From: Marine Group I thaumarchaeote
Lineage (GTDB): Archaea > Thermoproteota > Nitrososphaeria > Nitrososphaerales > Nitrosopumilaceae
Assembly (NCBI GenBank): GCA_044358425.1
Contig: CP054849.1
Span: 1,315,395-1,337,036 of the forward strand
DNA length: 21,642 nt
Direction of reading: 5' to 3'
Below the pieces are notes generated by a model. It made no database searches and was not told where the DNA came from. It saw nothing but the letters and a program-made list of their open reading frames with translations. This document shows positions 1 to 9,225 of this stretch, one piece after another. The first letter of the stretch is position 1. The number at the start of each line of letters is the position of its first letter. A program made the translations under genes and the position numbers.

Positions 1-183
1 AATTGGAAATGGTGGAAAACACCTACTGAATTTAATCAAAATGAGGCTAGAGAAGAATTAATTGACATATGGCATTTTGTTGTTCAAGCATCATTAGAAT
101 TGAAATTAACACCTGATGATATTTTAGACGAATATAAGAGAAAAAACCAAATTAATCATGAAAGACAGAAAAATGGTTACTAG
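1..183 (+). CDS. Dimeric (all-alpha) dUTPase / MazG-like NTP pyrophosphatase, C-terminal part (truncated by window start)
   Basis: Not in ORF track. Frame +1 reads NWKWWKTPTEFNQNEAREELIDIWHFVVQASLELKLTPDDILDEYKRKNQINHERQKNGY*, stop TAG 181-183. WKWWK, EELIDxWHF and KNxINHxRQxxGY are dUTPase_2 family motifs. Confidence 0.85.
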   Translation, partial: NWKWWKTPTEFNQNEAREELIDIWHFVVQASLELKLTPDDILDEYKRKNQINHERQKNGY

Positions 184-656
184 TTTTTTCCAATTGTTTT
201 AATGATTGATTCAATATTTGTTTCATTAATTAAATTTACAAGTGTTATTTCTTTTTGAAAATATTGTATTTCAGAATTTGAAACAGTTAGAAATGGTTCA
301 GGACTTGTTGAATTTATTATTCTCTTATCATTGTCAATTCCATTTTTATGTAATTCAAATAATGAATGTCCAGATTTATGACCCCAAACTTCTTTTCCAC
401 ACACAATAATTGTTTTAATTTTTTTATTTTCATTTACATGCTTTATCATAGAGTCAATTCCTTTATTTTCAGTAAATAATCTTCCAGCAATTGCAACATT
501 TTCAAAAATTTTTGAATTTTTTATTTCTTTTAATAATTTAATACTAGAAAGTGTGCATACACAAATTGATGAATTTGTATTACCAATATAGAATTCTTCT
601 GGAATGGGTAAAAGTACCTCACAAATTTTTCCAATGGCATCGCTTAGTTTATTCAA
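180..656 (-). CDS. MtrA-like (tetrahydromethanopterin S-methyltransferase subunit A-like) corrinoid-binding protein, soluble
   Basis: Motifs VCTLSS, AIAGRLFTENKGID, IIVCGKEVWGHKSG (cobalt-ligand His region), NGID..RIINS...PFL match MtrA/MtxA; no C-terminal membrane anchor; TTG start overlaps DegT stop by 4 bp. Confidence 0.8.
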   Translation of the reverse strand: MNKLSDAIGKICEVLLPIPEEFYIGNTNSSICVCTLSSIKLLKEIKNSKIFENVAIAGRLFTENKGIDSMIKHVNENKKIKTIIVCGKEVWGHKSGHSLFELHKNGIDNDKRIINSTSPEPFLTVSNSEIQYFQKEITLVNLINETNIESIIKTIGKN

Positions 657-1735
657 AGTATTTCAAAAATTGATTTTGAGATAAATTCAATATTTTTTGA
701 AGTTACTTTAGGATGAATTGGTAAAGAAAGTACTTTAGAAGCAGCCCACTCTGTAATTGGTAACTTTGTTTTAGATTTGTAAAACGGGGTTTTATGCACA
801 GGAATTGGATAATATGAGGCTGCACCTATTCCTTTTTCATTAAGTTTTTTCAAAAGAGTATTACGTTTTGGTGAAGTAATTGTGTAAAGATACCAATTTA
901 CTTTTTCGTGTTTTCTTTGAATTGGTAAAGTCAAATTTGATTTTGAAAGTAATTCTGATAAAAGTTCTGCATTTTTTTGTCTAGATTGTAAAAATTTTGG
1001 TAATTTTTTCATTTGTATTTTTGCAATTGCTGCATTAATTTCAGGTAATCTCAAATTAAGTCCAAGCATTCTACTGTCATATCCTTTTACCATCCCATGA
1101 TTTCTAATCATTAGTAATTTATCTCGTAATTTTTTGCTGTTTGTAACAATAAATCCTCCTTCACCTGCAGTCATTACTTTTGCGGGATACATACTATAAC
1201 ATCCCATTTCAAAAAATGTTCCTGTATGTTTATTTTTAAAAGTAGAACCAAGTGATTGAGCTGAATCCTCTATAATTGGAATGTTAAATTTTTTTGCAAT
1301 CTCAGAAATCTTATCCAGATAAGCAACATTTCCATAAAGATGTACAGGGACAATTGCCTTGGTTTTTTTTGTAATTTTTTTCTGAAGTTGATCTGGATCC
1401 ATTGTAAAATTATCTTTTAAAATATCAACAAAAACAGGTTTTGCACCAGTAGATAAGACAGAATTTGCAGTTGCAACAAAAGTAAAAGACGGAATTAAAA
1501 CTTCATCGCCATGCTTGATGTCTAAAGCATATAGTGCTGCTTGTAATGCTGCTGTTCCAGAATTTACAGCAACAGTATATTTTGAATTTACAAATGAAGA
1601 AACTGATTTTTCAAAATCTTGAACATATTTTCCGCCTTGATTTGCTGAAGAAGTTAAAGCTCCATTTTTAAGAATGGATGTGACTACTGAGATTTCTTCC
1701 TTGCCTACAAAAGGAATGTTTATGGGTATTTTCAA
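653..1735 (-). CDS. DegT/DnrJ/EryC1/StrS family PLP-dependent sugar aminotransferase
   Basis: NSGTAAL, GDEVLIPSFTFVAT, PVFVDI, PVHLYG, IIEDSAQSLG, SMYPAK (PLP Lys), GEGG, GLNLR. Confidence 0.95.
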   Translation of the reverse strand: MKIPINIPFVGKEEISVVTSILKNGALTSSANQGGKYVQDFEKSVSSFVNSKYTVAVNSGTAALQAALYALDIKHGDEVLIPSFTFVATANSVLSTGAKPVFVDILKDNFTMDPDQLQKKITKKTKAIVPVHLYGNVAYLDKISEIAKKFNIPIIEDSAQSLGSTFKNKHTGTFFEMGCYSMYPAKVMTAGEGGFIVTNSKKLRDKLLMIRNHGMVKGYDSRMLGLNLRLPEINAAIAKIQMKKLPKFLQSRQKNAELLSELLSKSNLTLPIQRKHEKVNWYLYTITSPKRNTLLKKLNEKGIGAASYYPIPVHKTPFYKSKTKLPITEWAASKVLSLPIHPKVTSKNIEFISKSIFEIL

Positions 1736-1759
1736 TAATTTTACCTAGTCTAACTCCGC

Positions 1760-1793
1760 TATAAATCTCATTTAATAGGTATGAATTTTTATA
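1760..1793. promoter_or_regulatory. Divergent TATA boxes for degT (minus) and the membrane protein gene (plus)
   Basis: TTTATA on minus strand at 1765-1760 (25-30 nt before TTG 1735); TTTATA on plus strand at 1788-1793 (25-30 nt before ATG 1818). Spacing fits leaderless archaeal transcripts. Confidence 0.55.
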
Positions 1794-1817
1794 TTTCAAA
1801 ATTTGGCAAATCATAGA

Positions 1818-2381
1818 ATGAAACCACGACATTTAGAAAAAACTGATTCAGGTTACAAAGTCTATTTGTACATTTTTTACACTTGTGGAGCAATTATGGT
1901 TTCATCGTTAATTTTTGGTGTTTATGCTACAATGTTAGAATGGTTAGAACATGGAACATATGTTATGGGAGAAGTAATTCACAACACTACTATTCCATTT
2001 GAAAATTTTGCAAGAGTTTCAACTTGGATATTCTTTTCAACAATAATTGGATGGTATTGTTGCACTAGAATTGGTTGGAGACGAACTGCAGGAGATAAAA
2101 TTGTTGGAACTAGAATGGCCTTACTTCAATTAATGTTACTTGGATTTGCAATAATTTCTTTTTATGAAGTTTTATACAATTTTACAGTTTTAAATGCACA
2201 AATGACAGCAGGAGTAGTAAATGGGGTAGTACCAGATATTGATAAATTGTTAGTAGCTTATCCAGATCCTGATCGTCCATGGAACTTGGTTTTTGCAACT
2301 AAAATATTTCTTGCAGCATTCATAATTAGTGCACATGCATTCTATCTAAGTGTAAAACCTAGAAAAAGTTTAGATGAATAA
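1818..2381 (+). CDS. Hypothetical integral membrane protein (~4 TM helices)
   Basis: Four hydrophobic stretches; ATG 1818 preferred over TTG 1803 because of TATA spacing. Confidence 0.75.
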   Translation: MKPRHLEKTDSGYKVYLYIFYTCGAIMVSSLIFGVYATMLEWLEHGTYVMGEVIHNTTIPFENFARVSTWIFFSTIIGWYCCTRIGWRRTAGDKIVGTRMALLQLMLLGFAIISFYEVLYNFTVLNAQMTAGVVNGVVPDIDKLLVAYPDPDRPWNLVFATKIFLAAFIISAHAFYLSVKPRKSLDE

Positions 2382-2402
2382 AAATTATAATAAATAATCT
2401 TA

Positions 2403-2425
2403 TTTTTTGAAATAATTTCAAAAAA
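2403..2425. repeat. Perfect 11-1-11 inverted repeat (operator or terminator)
   Basis: TTTTTTGAAAT-A-ATTTCAAAAAA in the intergenic region, about 20 bp upstream of the TATA (2445-2450) of the zinc-finger gene. Confidence 0.6.
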
Positions 2426-2472
2426 ACATTTGATGAAATTATGTTTTATACTATTAGATACATTGTAAACTA

Positions 2473-2661
2473 ATGGGACTATTTGGATCAAGTAAGAACG
2501 ATTTAAAATGTAAAAAATGTGGAACCGTGTTACCAGATTCTGAAAGATTGAAAAAACACCAAGAAAAAGCCCATAACAAAAAAAAGGAAAAATGTCGAGC
2601 ATGTGGAGCTGAATTTGACTATAGTGAAGAATTAAGAAAACATAAAAAAAATTGTAAATAA
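2473..2661 (+). CDS. Small C2H2-type zinc-finger protein (two fingers)
   Basis: CKKC-x12-H-x4-H and CRAC-x12-H-x3-C, basic; TTTATA 23-28 nt upstream of ATG. Confidence 0.85.
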   Translation: MGLFGSSKNDLKCKKCGTVLPDSERLKKHQEKAHNKKKEKCRACGAEFDYSEELRKHKKNCK

Positions 2662-2682
2662 TGATTTTAGAAATTTAAAAAA

Positions 2683-2874
2683 TTAAGATTTTGAAGGCCT
2701 TAATAGTGATTTTTCAATTGCTTCTAAATTTGCAATTTGATTTTTAGAGTTTAAAGTCAGTACCTGAATCATTTCTGAGCCTAATTGAACAGACTGTTCA
2801 GGTAGTGTTTCTAAAAATTTTTCTAATCCTTTCTTGTAATTATTGATCAGTTCTAATCCTTCTTCAAGAGTCAT
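2683..2874 (-). CDS. Hypothetical small helical protein (63 aa)
   Basis: Fills the gap between zinc-finger gene and tyrS; amphipathic helical pattern; ATG start. Confidence 0.7.
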   Translation of the reverse strand: MTLEEGLELINNYKKGLEKFLETLPEQSVQLGSEMIQVLTLNSKNQIANLEAIEKSLLRPSKS

Positions 2875-2977
2875 AACAATAGTAGAATTTAAGCTATATT
2901 CAAAGATTCAATTCAATAAGTTGTTGAATAACTAAGAAACAATGTTTATAGGTTTAGATTTTAAAAGTTGTTTTGAT

Positions 2978-4024
2978 TTGGATATAATTGAAAAAGTAGA
3001 TTTAATTGAAAAGCCTCCAACTGAAGAGGTTGTAACGCGTGAAGAATTAACTGAATTATTTAAAACAAATTCTTCCCCAAATCATTACATTGGATTAGAA
3101 ATTTCTGGTTTCTTACATTTAGGTAGTCTAATCAGTACTGGTTTTAAAATAAATGATTTTGTCAAAGCTGGAGTTAATTGTAAAATTTTTCTTGCAGATT
3201 GGCATACTCTAATCAATGATAAATTAGGAGGAGACTGGGATACAATTTCTAAGGTTTCAAAATATTATCAAGATGCCTTCAAACTAGTTTGTCCAAATGC
3301 AGAAATTGTTTTAGGATCTAAATTGTATGAAGAAAAAACAGAATATTGGTCTGAGCTTGTAAAATTTACAAAACATATGTCAATTGCCAGAACAATGCGA
3401 ACCTTAACTATCATGGGTCGTTCTGAAGACGATAACAAAATAGATGTAGCTAAATTATTGTATCCAGCAATGCAAGCAGTTGATATTCATTCTTTAGATG
3501 TAGATATTGCACATGCAGGAATGGATCAAAGAAAAATTCACATGTTAGTAAGAGAAATTTTTCCTAAAATGAAATGGAAAGTCCCAGTTTCTGTTCATCA
3601 TAAATTATTACCAGGACTATCAAAACCAGCAGATACTGATAATTCTCAAGTTTTAGGAAAAATGAGTAAATCAGATCCAAACTCAGGCATATTTATTCAC
3701 AATACAGATAATGAAATTAAGAAAAAAATTAGTAAATCTTGGTGTGAGGAGCAAAATGTTGAAAGTAATCCTGTATTAGAAATTGCAAAAAATGTAATTT
3801 TTCATGAATTTAATGAAATTAATGTTGAAAGACCAGAAAAATATGGCGGTAATGTTTCTTATTCTAATTACAATGAACTACATACAGATTTTGCAGAAAA
3901 TAAATTACATCCAGGAGATTTAAAACAAACTGTTGGAAACTATCTAGTTAAAGTGATTAGTCCTATAAGAGAAAAACTAAATCTTAGTGATGAAATTTCT
4001 GAAGCCATCAAGAAAAGTTTCTAA
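2978..4024 (+). CDS. tyrS: Tyrosine--tRNA ligase (archaeal type)
   Basis: YIGLEISGFLHLGS (HIGH-like), LADWH, LYPAMQAVD, GMDQRKIH, KMSKS, LHPGDLK. Start probably TTG 2978 (MDIIEK) rather than ATG 2942. Confidence 0.95.
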   Translation: MDIIEKVDLIEKPPTEEVVTREELTELFKTNSSPNHYIGLEISGFLHLGSLISTGFKINDFVKAGVNCKIFLADWHTLINDKLGGDWDTISKVSKYYQDAFKLVCPNAEIVLGSKLYEEKTEYWSELVKFTKHMSIARTMRTLTIMGRSEDDNKIDVAKLLYPAMQAVDIHSLDVDIAHAGMDQRKIHMLVREIFPKMKWKVPVSVHHKLLPGLSKPADTDNSQVLGKMSKSDPNSGIFIHNTDNEIKKKISKSWCEEQNVESNPVLEIAKNVIFHEFNEINVERPEKYGGNVSYSNYNELHTDFAENKLHPGDLKQTVGNYLVKVISPIREKLNLSDEISEAIKKSF

Positions 4025-4815
4025 ACTTTTAGATCAGGATTAGTTTGTTCTTCTAAATTATATTTTGATTTGTATCCTCTTGGATTAATCATTAAATCTT
4101 TGTAAGTATATGTTGATGAGTTACCAATTATTACAGTACTTGTCATACCCAACTCTTCATCAAAATTTAGTAAATTATCTAAATTAGTCATTACAATTGT
4201 TTCAGATTCTCTATATGCACTTTTAATAATTGCAACAGGGGTAGTAGGTTTTCTATGTTTAAGCAGAATTTTTTGAGTATCTTGTAATTGATGAACTCGT
4301 TTCTTACTTTTAGGATTATAGATTACAAGTACAAAATCACCTTGAGCAGCTGATTCTACACGTTTTTGAATTATCTCCCAAGGTACCATCAAATCACTCA
4401 TACTAACAACAGCAAAATCTGTCATTAGTGGTGAACCAACAATTGATGCACATGAATTCAAAGCAGATACACCAGGAATAATTTCCACTTTAAGCTCATC
4501 AGAAGGATCCCAGCCTATTGTTGCAAGCGTTTCATAAATTAATCCAGCCATTCCATAAATTCCAGGATCACCACTAGAGACCAGAGAAACAATTTTTCCA
4601 GATTTTGCAAGATCAATACATTGATGTGCTCTTTCGACTTCTTGGGTCATAGCATATCGATGAATAGTTTTTCCTCCTATCAGATCTTGAACTAAATTAA
4701 CATAAGTTTCATATCCAACAATGGTATCACTTTCAGAAATTACTTCTTTTGCTCGAAATGTCATGTGATCATGATGTCCAGGACCAACACCAACAATGTA
4801 GAGTTTACCAGTCAA
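4021..4815 (-). CDS. cbiH: Precorrin-3B / cobalt-factor III C17-methyltransferase (cobalamin biosynthesis)
   Basis: GKLYIVGVGPG, IVGYETY, MTQEVERA, VSSGDPGIYGMAG, IPGVSA, GSPLMTDFAVVSMSD, IYNPKS, GMTSTVIIGNS, MINPRGY. Confidence 0.93.
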   Translation of the reverse strand: MTGKLYIVGVGPGHHDHMTFRAKEVISESDTIVGYETYVNLVQDLIGGKTIHRYAMTQEVERAHQCIDLAKSGKIVSLVSSGDPGIYGMAGLIYETLATIGWDPSDELKVEIIPGVSALNSCASIVGSPLMTDFAVVSMSDLMVPWEIIQKRVESAAQGDFVLVIYNPKSKKRVHQLQDTQKILLKHRKPTTPVAIIKSAYRESETIVMTNLDNLLNFDEELGMTSTVIIGNSSTYTYKDLMINPRGYKSKYNLEEQTNPDLKV

Positions 4816-4861
4816 TTAAAAATAATTTTTTCTCAACTAATTTATCCGTTTAGTGATATTT

Positions 4862-6322
4862 TTATTGAAATGGATCAACTATTGGAGAATTAATGATGTA
4901 TTCACTATTTGATGGACGTGCAATGCTGACTGTAATTAGATCATCATTATGAAATGAATCAATATCAGATTTTGTTTGTAGAATTTGTGCAAATTTAGAA
5001 TCATGCCATTCTACAAGATATATTTTTGAGATGGGGTTATAATTTTCTTCATCTGAGGAAAAATTGAAAATTTCTGGTTGAAAATCTAAAGAACCAGATC
5101 CTATAATTCCATTTTTGAATTGATATTGTTCAACAATAGACGAATTTGTTAATAGATCTGACATTGATGGAGAATGTTTCACACCAATTAATTTTGATGG
5201 CCCAATTGGAGTTACATCAGTAATAATATAGTAAATTGTTTTTCCGCTTGAATCCCAGCTTCGATGGGCAACAAAAGTTACAATCAATTCATCTTCATTA
5301 ATTTCAGTGATTTGACCTCCAGAAAATGACATTTTGTTACTGATTTGTTTATCAGAACGTTCAGTCATTTGTCCACCTGACCACTTTATTTGAGGAGTAT
5401 TTACGACTACATTTGTTTCATTAAATTTAATTCTACCAGATTGTTCAGCATCAATAATATCAGCAGCTGATTCAAAAATAATTTCTTTTTGACCAGATTT
5501 CCATGTAACTTCAATTAGAGATCCTAATGGGGAATAATTAGATTGTTGTGGAGTCTCAGAAAAAATATCAGTTTGAAATCCAAAAAGTCCATCTCCCTCA
5601 ATTCCATTTTTAAAAAGAAAAATTTTTTGTAAATTATTTTCTGGAATATTTTTGAGTGATTTTGACAATTGAATATTCAATTCTTGTTTTTCTGAAATAG
5701 TATTGACATAATCTTTGTCACTTGCATCAGTAATTATGTAAAGAATTTCATTTCCATTGTGCATTCCTTTATGCATTGGAATTTCTATAGGGACATTAGT
5801 TCGTGAAAGTAGTAATGAAGGATCCTCTTTTTGAAATTCAAGTTTTTGTTCAAGTACTTGAGTTGGTTGTCCTCTAATCCAACCATCAACACTTACAGTT
5901 GTAGTAAATTCTTTTGAGTTTGTTGAATGTAATGCAACTCCGGCTCCTGTAAATTCAATTGATCCTGATTTCTTTTCTGGGTTTAGTAAAGATAGACCAT
6001 AAATTTTATTGTCATTGACAGCCCATGTATCTTGCCCATTTACTTCATTTTGATTAATTTCATGTAAAACAATTACATTAACTAATTCGCTAGAAGTAAA
6101 TGTCATTGAACCATCATAGATTGTACCTTCATTTGGGGATAAAACAAGAGCCAATTGATGATCCTCATGTCCCAATCCAGGATCTTGAGAAGAGGTGATT
6201 GTTTGAGTGAAATGAACTTTTTTTGTAGATCCTGCATCAACATATTGATCTGAAAAAGTTGAAAGTGAAACAATTCCAGTAACAAAAATTCCAATTATTA
6301 AAATAATAATTATTTTTTTCAA
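4862..6322 (-). CDS. Secreted or membrane-anchored hypothetical protein with two internal ~135-aa repeats (tentatively DUF7482-like)
   Basis: N-terminal basic plus hydrophobic signal/anchor; duplicated motifs YIITD, FKNGI-G-G---FQ--IF, NY-P, V-W, N-P. Confidence 0.8.
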   Translation of the reverse strand: MKKIIIILIIGIFVTGIVSLSTFSDQYVDAGSTKKVHFTQTITSSQDPGLGHEDHQLALVLSPNEGTIYDGSMTFTSSELVNVIVLHEINQNEVNGQDTWAVNDNKIYGLSLLNPEKKSGSIEFTGAGVALHSTNSKEFTTTVSVDGWIRGQPTQVLEQKLEFQKEDPSLLLSRTNVPIEIPMHKGMHNGNEILYIITDASDKDYVNTISEKQELNIQLSKSLKNIPENNLQKIFLFKNGIEGDGLFGFQTDIFSETPQQSNYSPLGSLIEVTWKSGQKEIIFESAADIIDAEQSGRIKFNETNVVVNTPQIKWSGGQMTERSDKQISNKMSFSGGQITEINEDELIVTFVAHRSWDSSGKTIYYIITDVTPIGPSKLIGVKHSPSMSDLLTNSSIVEQYQFKNGIIGSGSLDFQPEIFNFSSDEENYNPISKIYLVEWHDSKFAQILQTKSDIDSFHNDDLITVSIARPSNSEYIINSPIVDPFQ

Positions 6323-6359
6323 TAATTTTGACTAATTTTATTACTTTAAATGATTTGTC

Positions 6360-7763
6360 TTAATTGATTTTATCTAGTGTAAATGCATCATGGATTGCAC
6401 GTACAGCAGTATTTGTATCAGAATTTTTTACTACCAATGCAAGATTAAGTTCTGATGAACCTTGAGTAATCATAGATACATTTACTTTATTTTTTTCAAT
6501 TGCTGCAAAGACTTTGGATGCAACACCAATTGTTCCTCTCATTCCTGAACCAATTAATGCAATAATTGAAACTCCTGTAGTAACTTCTAATTTTTTGATA
6601 ATTTTACCTAATAGATCCATTTCTAAAACACTAACCGCCTTGTTAAGATCAGAATTTTTTACTACAATTGTAATACTAGATTCAGAAGGATTTTGAGAAA
6701 TCATCATTACGTTAATTCCAGCTTTTGCTAAAGTAGCAAATATTTTTGCGGCAGTTCCAGGTGTTCCAATCATGCTTCCACCTTGTATATCGATTAATCC
6801 ATTATTACGAATATTACTAACACATTTTACAGTATTTTTTACAGATGCAGAAGGCGAAGAGGTTACTAAAGTTCCTTCATTTTTTGCATTAGATGAATTT
6901 CTTATTTTCATTGGTATTTTTTTTGCTAAAAGTGGTTCAAATGTTCTTGGATGAATTTGTTTTGCTCCAAACAAAGCCATTTCAATTGCTTCAGTATATG
7001 ATACTTCTTTGAGTAATTTTGCATTTTTCACAATTTTTGGATCTGCTGTCATTAATCCATCAACATCACTCATTAACCAAATTTCATCAGCTTTTAAGCA
7101 AGAACCAATAATTGTAGCTGAATAATCAGAACCACCTCTACCAAATGTTGTTGTGTGTCCATGTTGATCTGCACCTGAAAATCCACCAACTACAGGTATA
7201 GTCTTTTTAGAAAATAATGTATCAATACTTTTTGAAACTCTTAATCTTGTTGTATCCATAAGTGGTTTTGATTCACTAAAATTAGAATCAGTTACAATGC
7301 CTACTTCCTTACCAGTCAGTGGAATAGCCTTTTTTCCTAAATCATTTATTGCAGCTGCAAGTAATTTTCCAGAAAATCTTTCGCCAAAGGAAATTAAATA
7401 ATCCATTGATCTAGATGTTACTTCTCCTAACAAAACTAATCCATCTATCAGTGCAACAAGTTCTTTAAAATCATCATTTAATTTAATTAACAATTTTTTT
7501 TGAATGTCAGATTTTTTGATTGTTTGTTTTGCTAATTGCTTATGCCTATTAGTAATTTTTGATGCAAGTTGTTCTGCTTTAGATTTATTTTCTTTTTTGA
7601 TAGATTCAGATATTTCAATTAAATCATCTGTTGTTCCACTTGTTGCTGAACAGACTATTACAAGTTGATTTTTTTTGGATAATGAAATTACATGTTTGGC
7701 AACTGATTGAATATCTTTGGTATTAGATATTGATGTTCCACCGTATTTTAAAACAAGTTTCAA
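6360..7763 (-). CDS. lysC: Aspartate kinase with two C-terminal ACT domains
   Basis: VLKYGGTS, SATSGTTD, SFGER, TTFGRGGSDYSA, DVDGLMTADP, FGAKQIHP, ACT repeats (INVMMISQ, VNVSMITQGSSE). TTTAAA at 7789-7794 upstream. Confidence 0.95.
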   Translation of the reverse strand: MKLVLKYGGTSISNTKDIQSVAKHVISLSKKNQLVIVCSATSGTTDDLIEISESIKKENKSKAEQLASKITNRHKQLAKQTIKKSDIQKKLLIKLNDDFKELVALIDGLVLLGEVTSRSMDYLISFGERFSGKLLAAAINDLGKKAIPLTGKEVGIVTDSNFSESKPLMDTTRLRVSKSIDTLFSKKTIPVVGGFSGADQHGHTTTFGRGGSDYSATIIGSCLKADEIWLMSDVDGLMTADPKIVKNAKLLKEVSYTEAIEMALFGAKQIHPRTFEPLLAKKIPMKIRNSSNAKNEGTLVTSSPSASVKNTVKCVSNIRNNGLIDIQGGSMIGTPGTAAKIFATLAKAGINVMMISQNPSESSITIVVKNSDLNKAVSVLEMDLLGKIIKKLEVTTGVSIIALIGSGMRGTIGVASKVFAAIEKNKVNVSMITQGSSELNLALVVKNSDTNTAVRAIHDAFTLDKIN

Positions 7764-7798
7764 GTTAAACTATCTGAATTATTCAATGTTTAAATGCT

Positions 7799-8545
7799 TT
7801 AACTTTCCACGCGTGGAGCAAGATAAAAGTGGATTCTTCCTATATTTGCAACTTTAAACTCAATTCTAAGTGGTTTTGCACTAGAAAATTCACATGTGAT
7901 AAATCCAGCATTGCTGCCTACGGCTTTAACTACAGGATTGAGATATTCAAGGCTGTAAGTACCTTCACTATCAGATTTTGAAGATATTTCCTCAATATCA
8001 TCAGCATCCTTATCAAGATCAATTATTACTTCACCTGAATCGCCCTTTCCAGAAAAATTACCTTTTGAATCAGACGTATTGATTGTTAAATAATCAGAAA
8101 CAACTTGCACATCACCAAGAATTTTATCAAACTTTGATGAAGTTAAAATAATTTTTGAGTCATAAGGAATTTTTGGTAACGGTGTGTCAGTTGCAGAACT
8201 TTCAATTAGACGAATTTTGTATTTTTTATTTTTTCCAACTGTTACAAGTAACATATTTTCTTCAGAAATACTAATTTCTATACTGTCTTTTTTATCTGCA
8301 CGTTTGATAAGTTTTGAAAATTCATCTATCCTAACTCCAAATTTAATATCGCTATCACATTCATATTTCTCAAATGCTGAATTTGGCCAAGATATATCAA
8401 TTAAAGCAACATGAGATGGATCCATTCCTCTAAAAGAAATTCCTTCTGCCGTTGCAACAAAAGTTGCTTCTTCAACTAAAGTGGATATTGCAGAGATGAT
8501 AGCTTTTAGATCATCTGAACCATTTGTTTTAGCTCCAAAAGTCAA
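7799..8545 (-). CDS. pcn: DNA polymerase sliding clamp (PCNA)
   Basis: GMDPSHVALID, FEKYECD, YSLEYL, KPLRIEF, FYLAPRVE; 248 aa. Confidence 0.97.
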   Translation of the reverse strand: MTFGAKTNGSDDLKAIISAISTLVEEATFVATAEGISFRGMDPSHVALIDISWPNSAFEKYECDSDIKFGVRIDEFSKLIKRADKKDSIEISISEENMLLVTVGKNKKYKIRLIESSATDTPLPKIPYDSKIILTSSKFDKILGDVQVVSDYLTINTSDSKGNFSGKGDSGEVIIDLDKDADDIEEISSKSDSEGTYSLEYLNPVVKAVGSNAGFITCEFSSAKPLRIEFKVANIGRIHFYLAPRVES

Positions 8546-8579
8546 TTTAATTTTCTTGGCTATAAGTTCCAGTTAAACG

Positions 8580-8897
8580 TTATGTGTAATCACGCCAAGT
8601 GTATTTACATTTTTGACAACGGTAAAATCTAGTTGTAGGTTCATCTGCACTTCTAGTTTGAAACATCCAACCAACTGCTTCATCATGACCACATTTTTCA
8701 CAATCAATTTTTACTGTAGGATGAGATTCTTCACCTTCATTTCCTTCAAAAGCAAGTAGTGAGAAATCAGGTTCTTCTTCGGCAACAATTTTTTTCTTTT
8801 TTTGTACTTTTTCTCCATCAATGTAACCACATTTAGAACACTCTAAACCAGATTCACTTTTTTTTAGTTTAACCTCACATTTGGGGCAAAATTTCAA
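8580..8897 (-). CDS. tfs: Transcription factor S (TFS, RpoM-like)
   Basis: MKFCPKC...CSKC and CEKC...QTRSADEPTTRFYRCQKC zinc ribbons with the acidic DE hairpin. Confidence 0.95.
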   Translation of the reverse strand: MKFCPKCEVKLKKSESGLECSKCGYIDGEKVQKKKKIVAEEEPDFSLLAFEGNEGEESHPTVKIDCEKCGHDEAVGWMFQTRSADEPTTRFYRCQKCKYTWRDYT

Positions 8898-8903
8898 TTT
8901 TAT

Positions 8904-9176
8904 TTACCCTAATTTTGAACTAAATAATTGTTTGAACTCATCAGCCATCTTTATTGCAGATTCTGCTGATTTTTTAACCTCAGTTAGTGGTTTTGAACTA
9001 GAATTAATTCTCATCCAGCACTCATTAGTTAATGGGTGTTTGACAATTACACCTGCAAAATCAACATTTGAGGCCTTTAGAAGCTCGTGTTGAATAATGT
9101 ATAATATTCCAATATCAGCTTCTGTGACAGAAATACTGATTTCTTTGGGTTCTGAACTGATTACTTCTGCATTCAT
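8904..9176 (-). CDS. rpoL: DNA-directed RNA polymerase subunit L (Rpo11)
   Basis: 90 aa, VDFAGVIVKHPL motif, directly upstream of tfs as in the conserved archaeal cluster; TTTATA at 9209-9204. Confidence 0.88.
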   Translation of the reverse strand: MNAEVISSEPKEISISVTEADIGILYIIQHELLKASNVDFAGVIVKHPLTNECWMRINSSSKPLTEVKKSAESAIKMADEFKQLFSSKLG

Positions 9177-9225
9177 GTATTCAGAAAAAGCACTTATTGC
9201 GGATATAAATCATATGAACTATAGC

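Noticed and set aside
180-656. MtrA-like gene as evidence for methanogenesis
   Set aside because: No other mtr or mcr genes in the window, no membrane anchor, and the context is thaumarchaeal.
2473-2490. MGLFGS as an N-myristoylation signal
   Set aside because: Matches MGxxxS, but no archaeal N-myristoyltransferase is established and MGLF starts are common.
2342-2602. 86-aa minus-strand ORF
   Set aside because: Antisense shadow of the zinc-finger gene and AT-rich intergenic DNA.
6103-6954. Short ORFs 6103-6294, 6514-6696 and 6772-6954
   Set aside because: Alternative-frame or antisense ORFs inside the 486-aa gene and lysC; no motifs.
8184-9093. Plus-strand ORFs 8184-8414 and 8881-9093
   Set aside because: Antisense to pcn, tfs and rpoL.
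7799-9176. rpoL-tfs-pcn cluster as a novel system
   Set aside because: Well-known conserved archaeal gene neighbourhood.
9097-9225. N-terminal extension of the 221-aa ORF
   Set aside because: Overlaps rpoL head-to-head and covers its promoter; ATG 9226 is more plausible.
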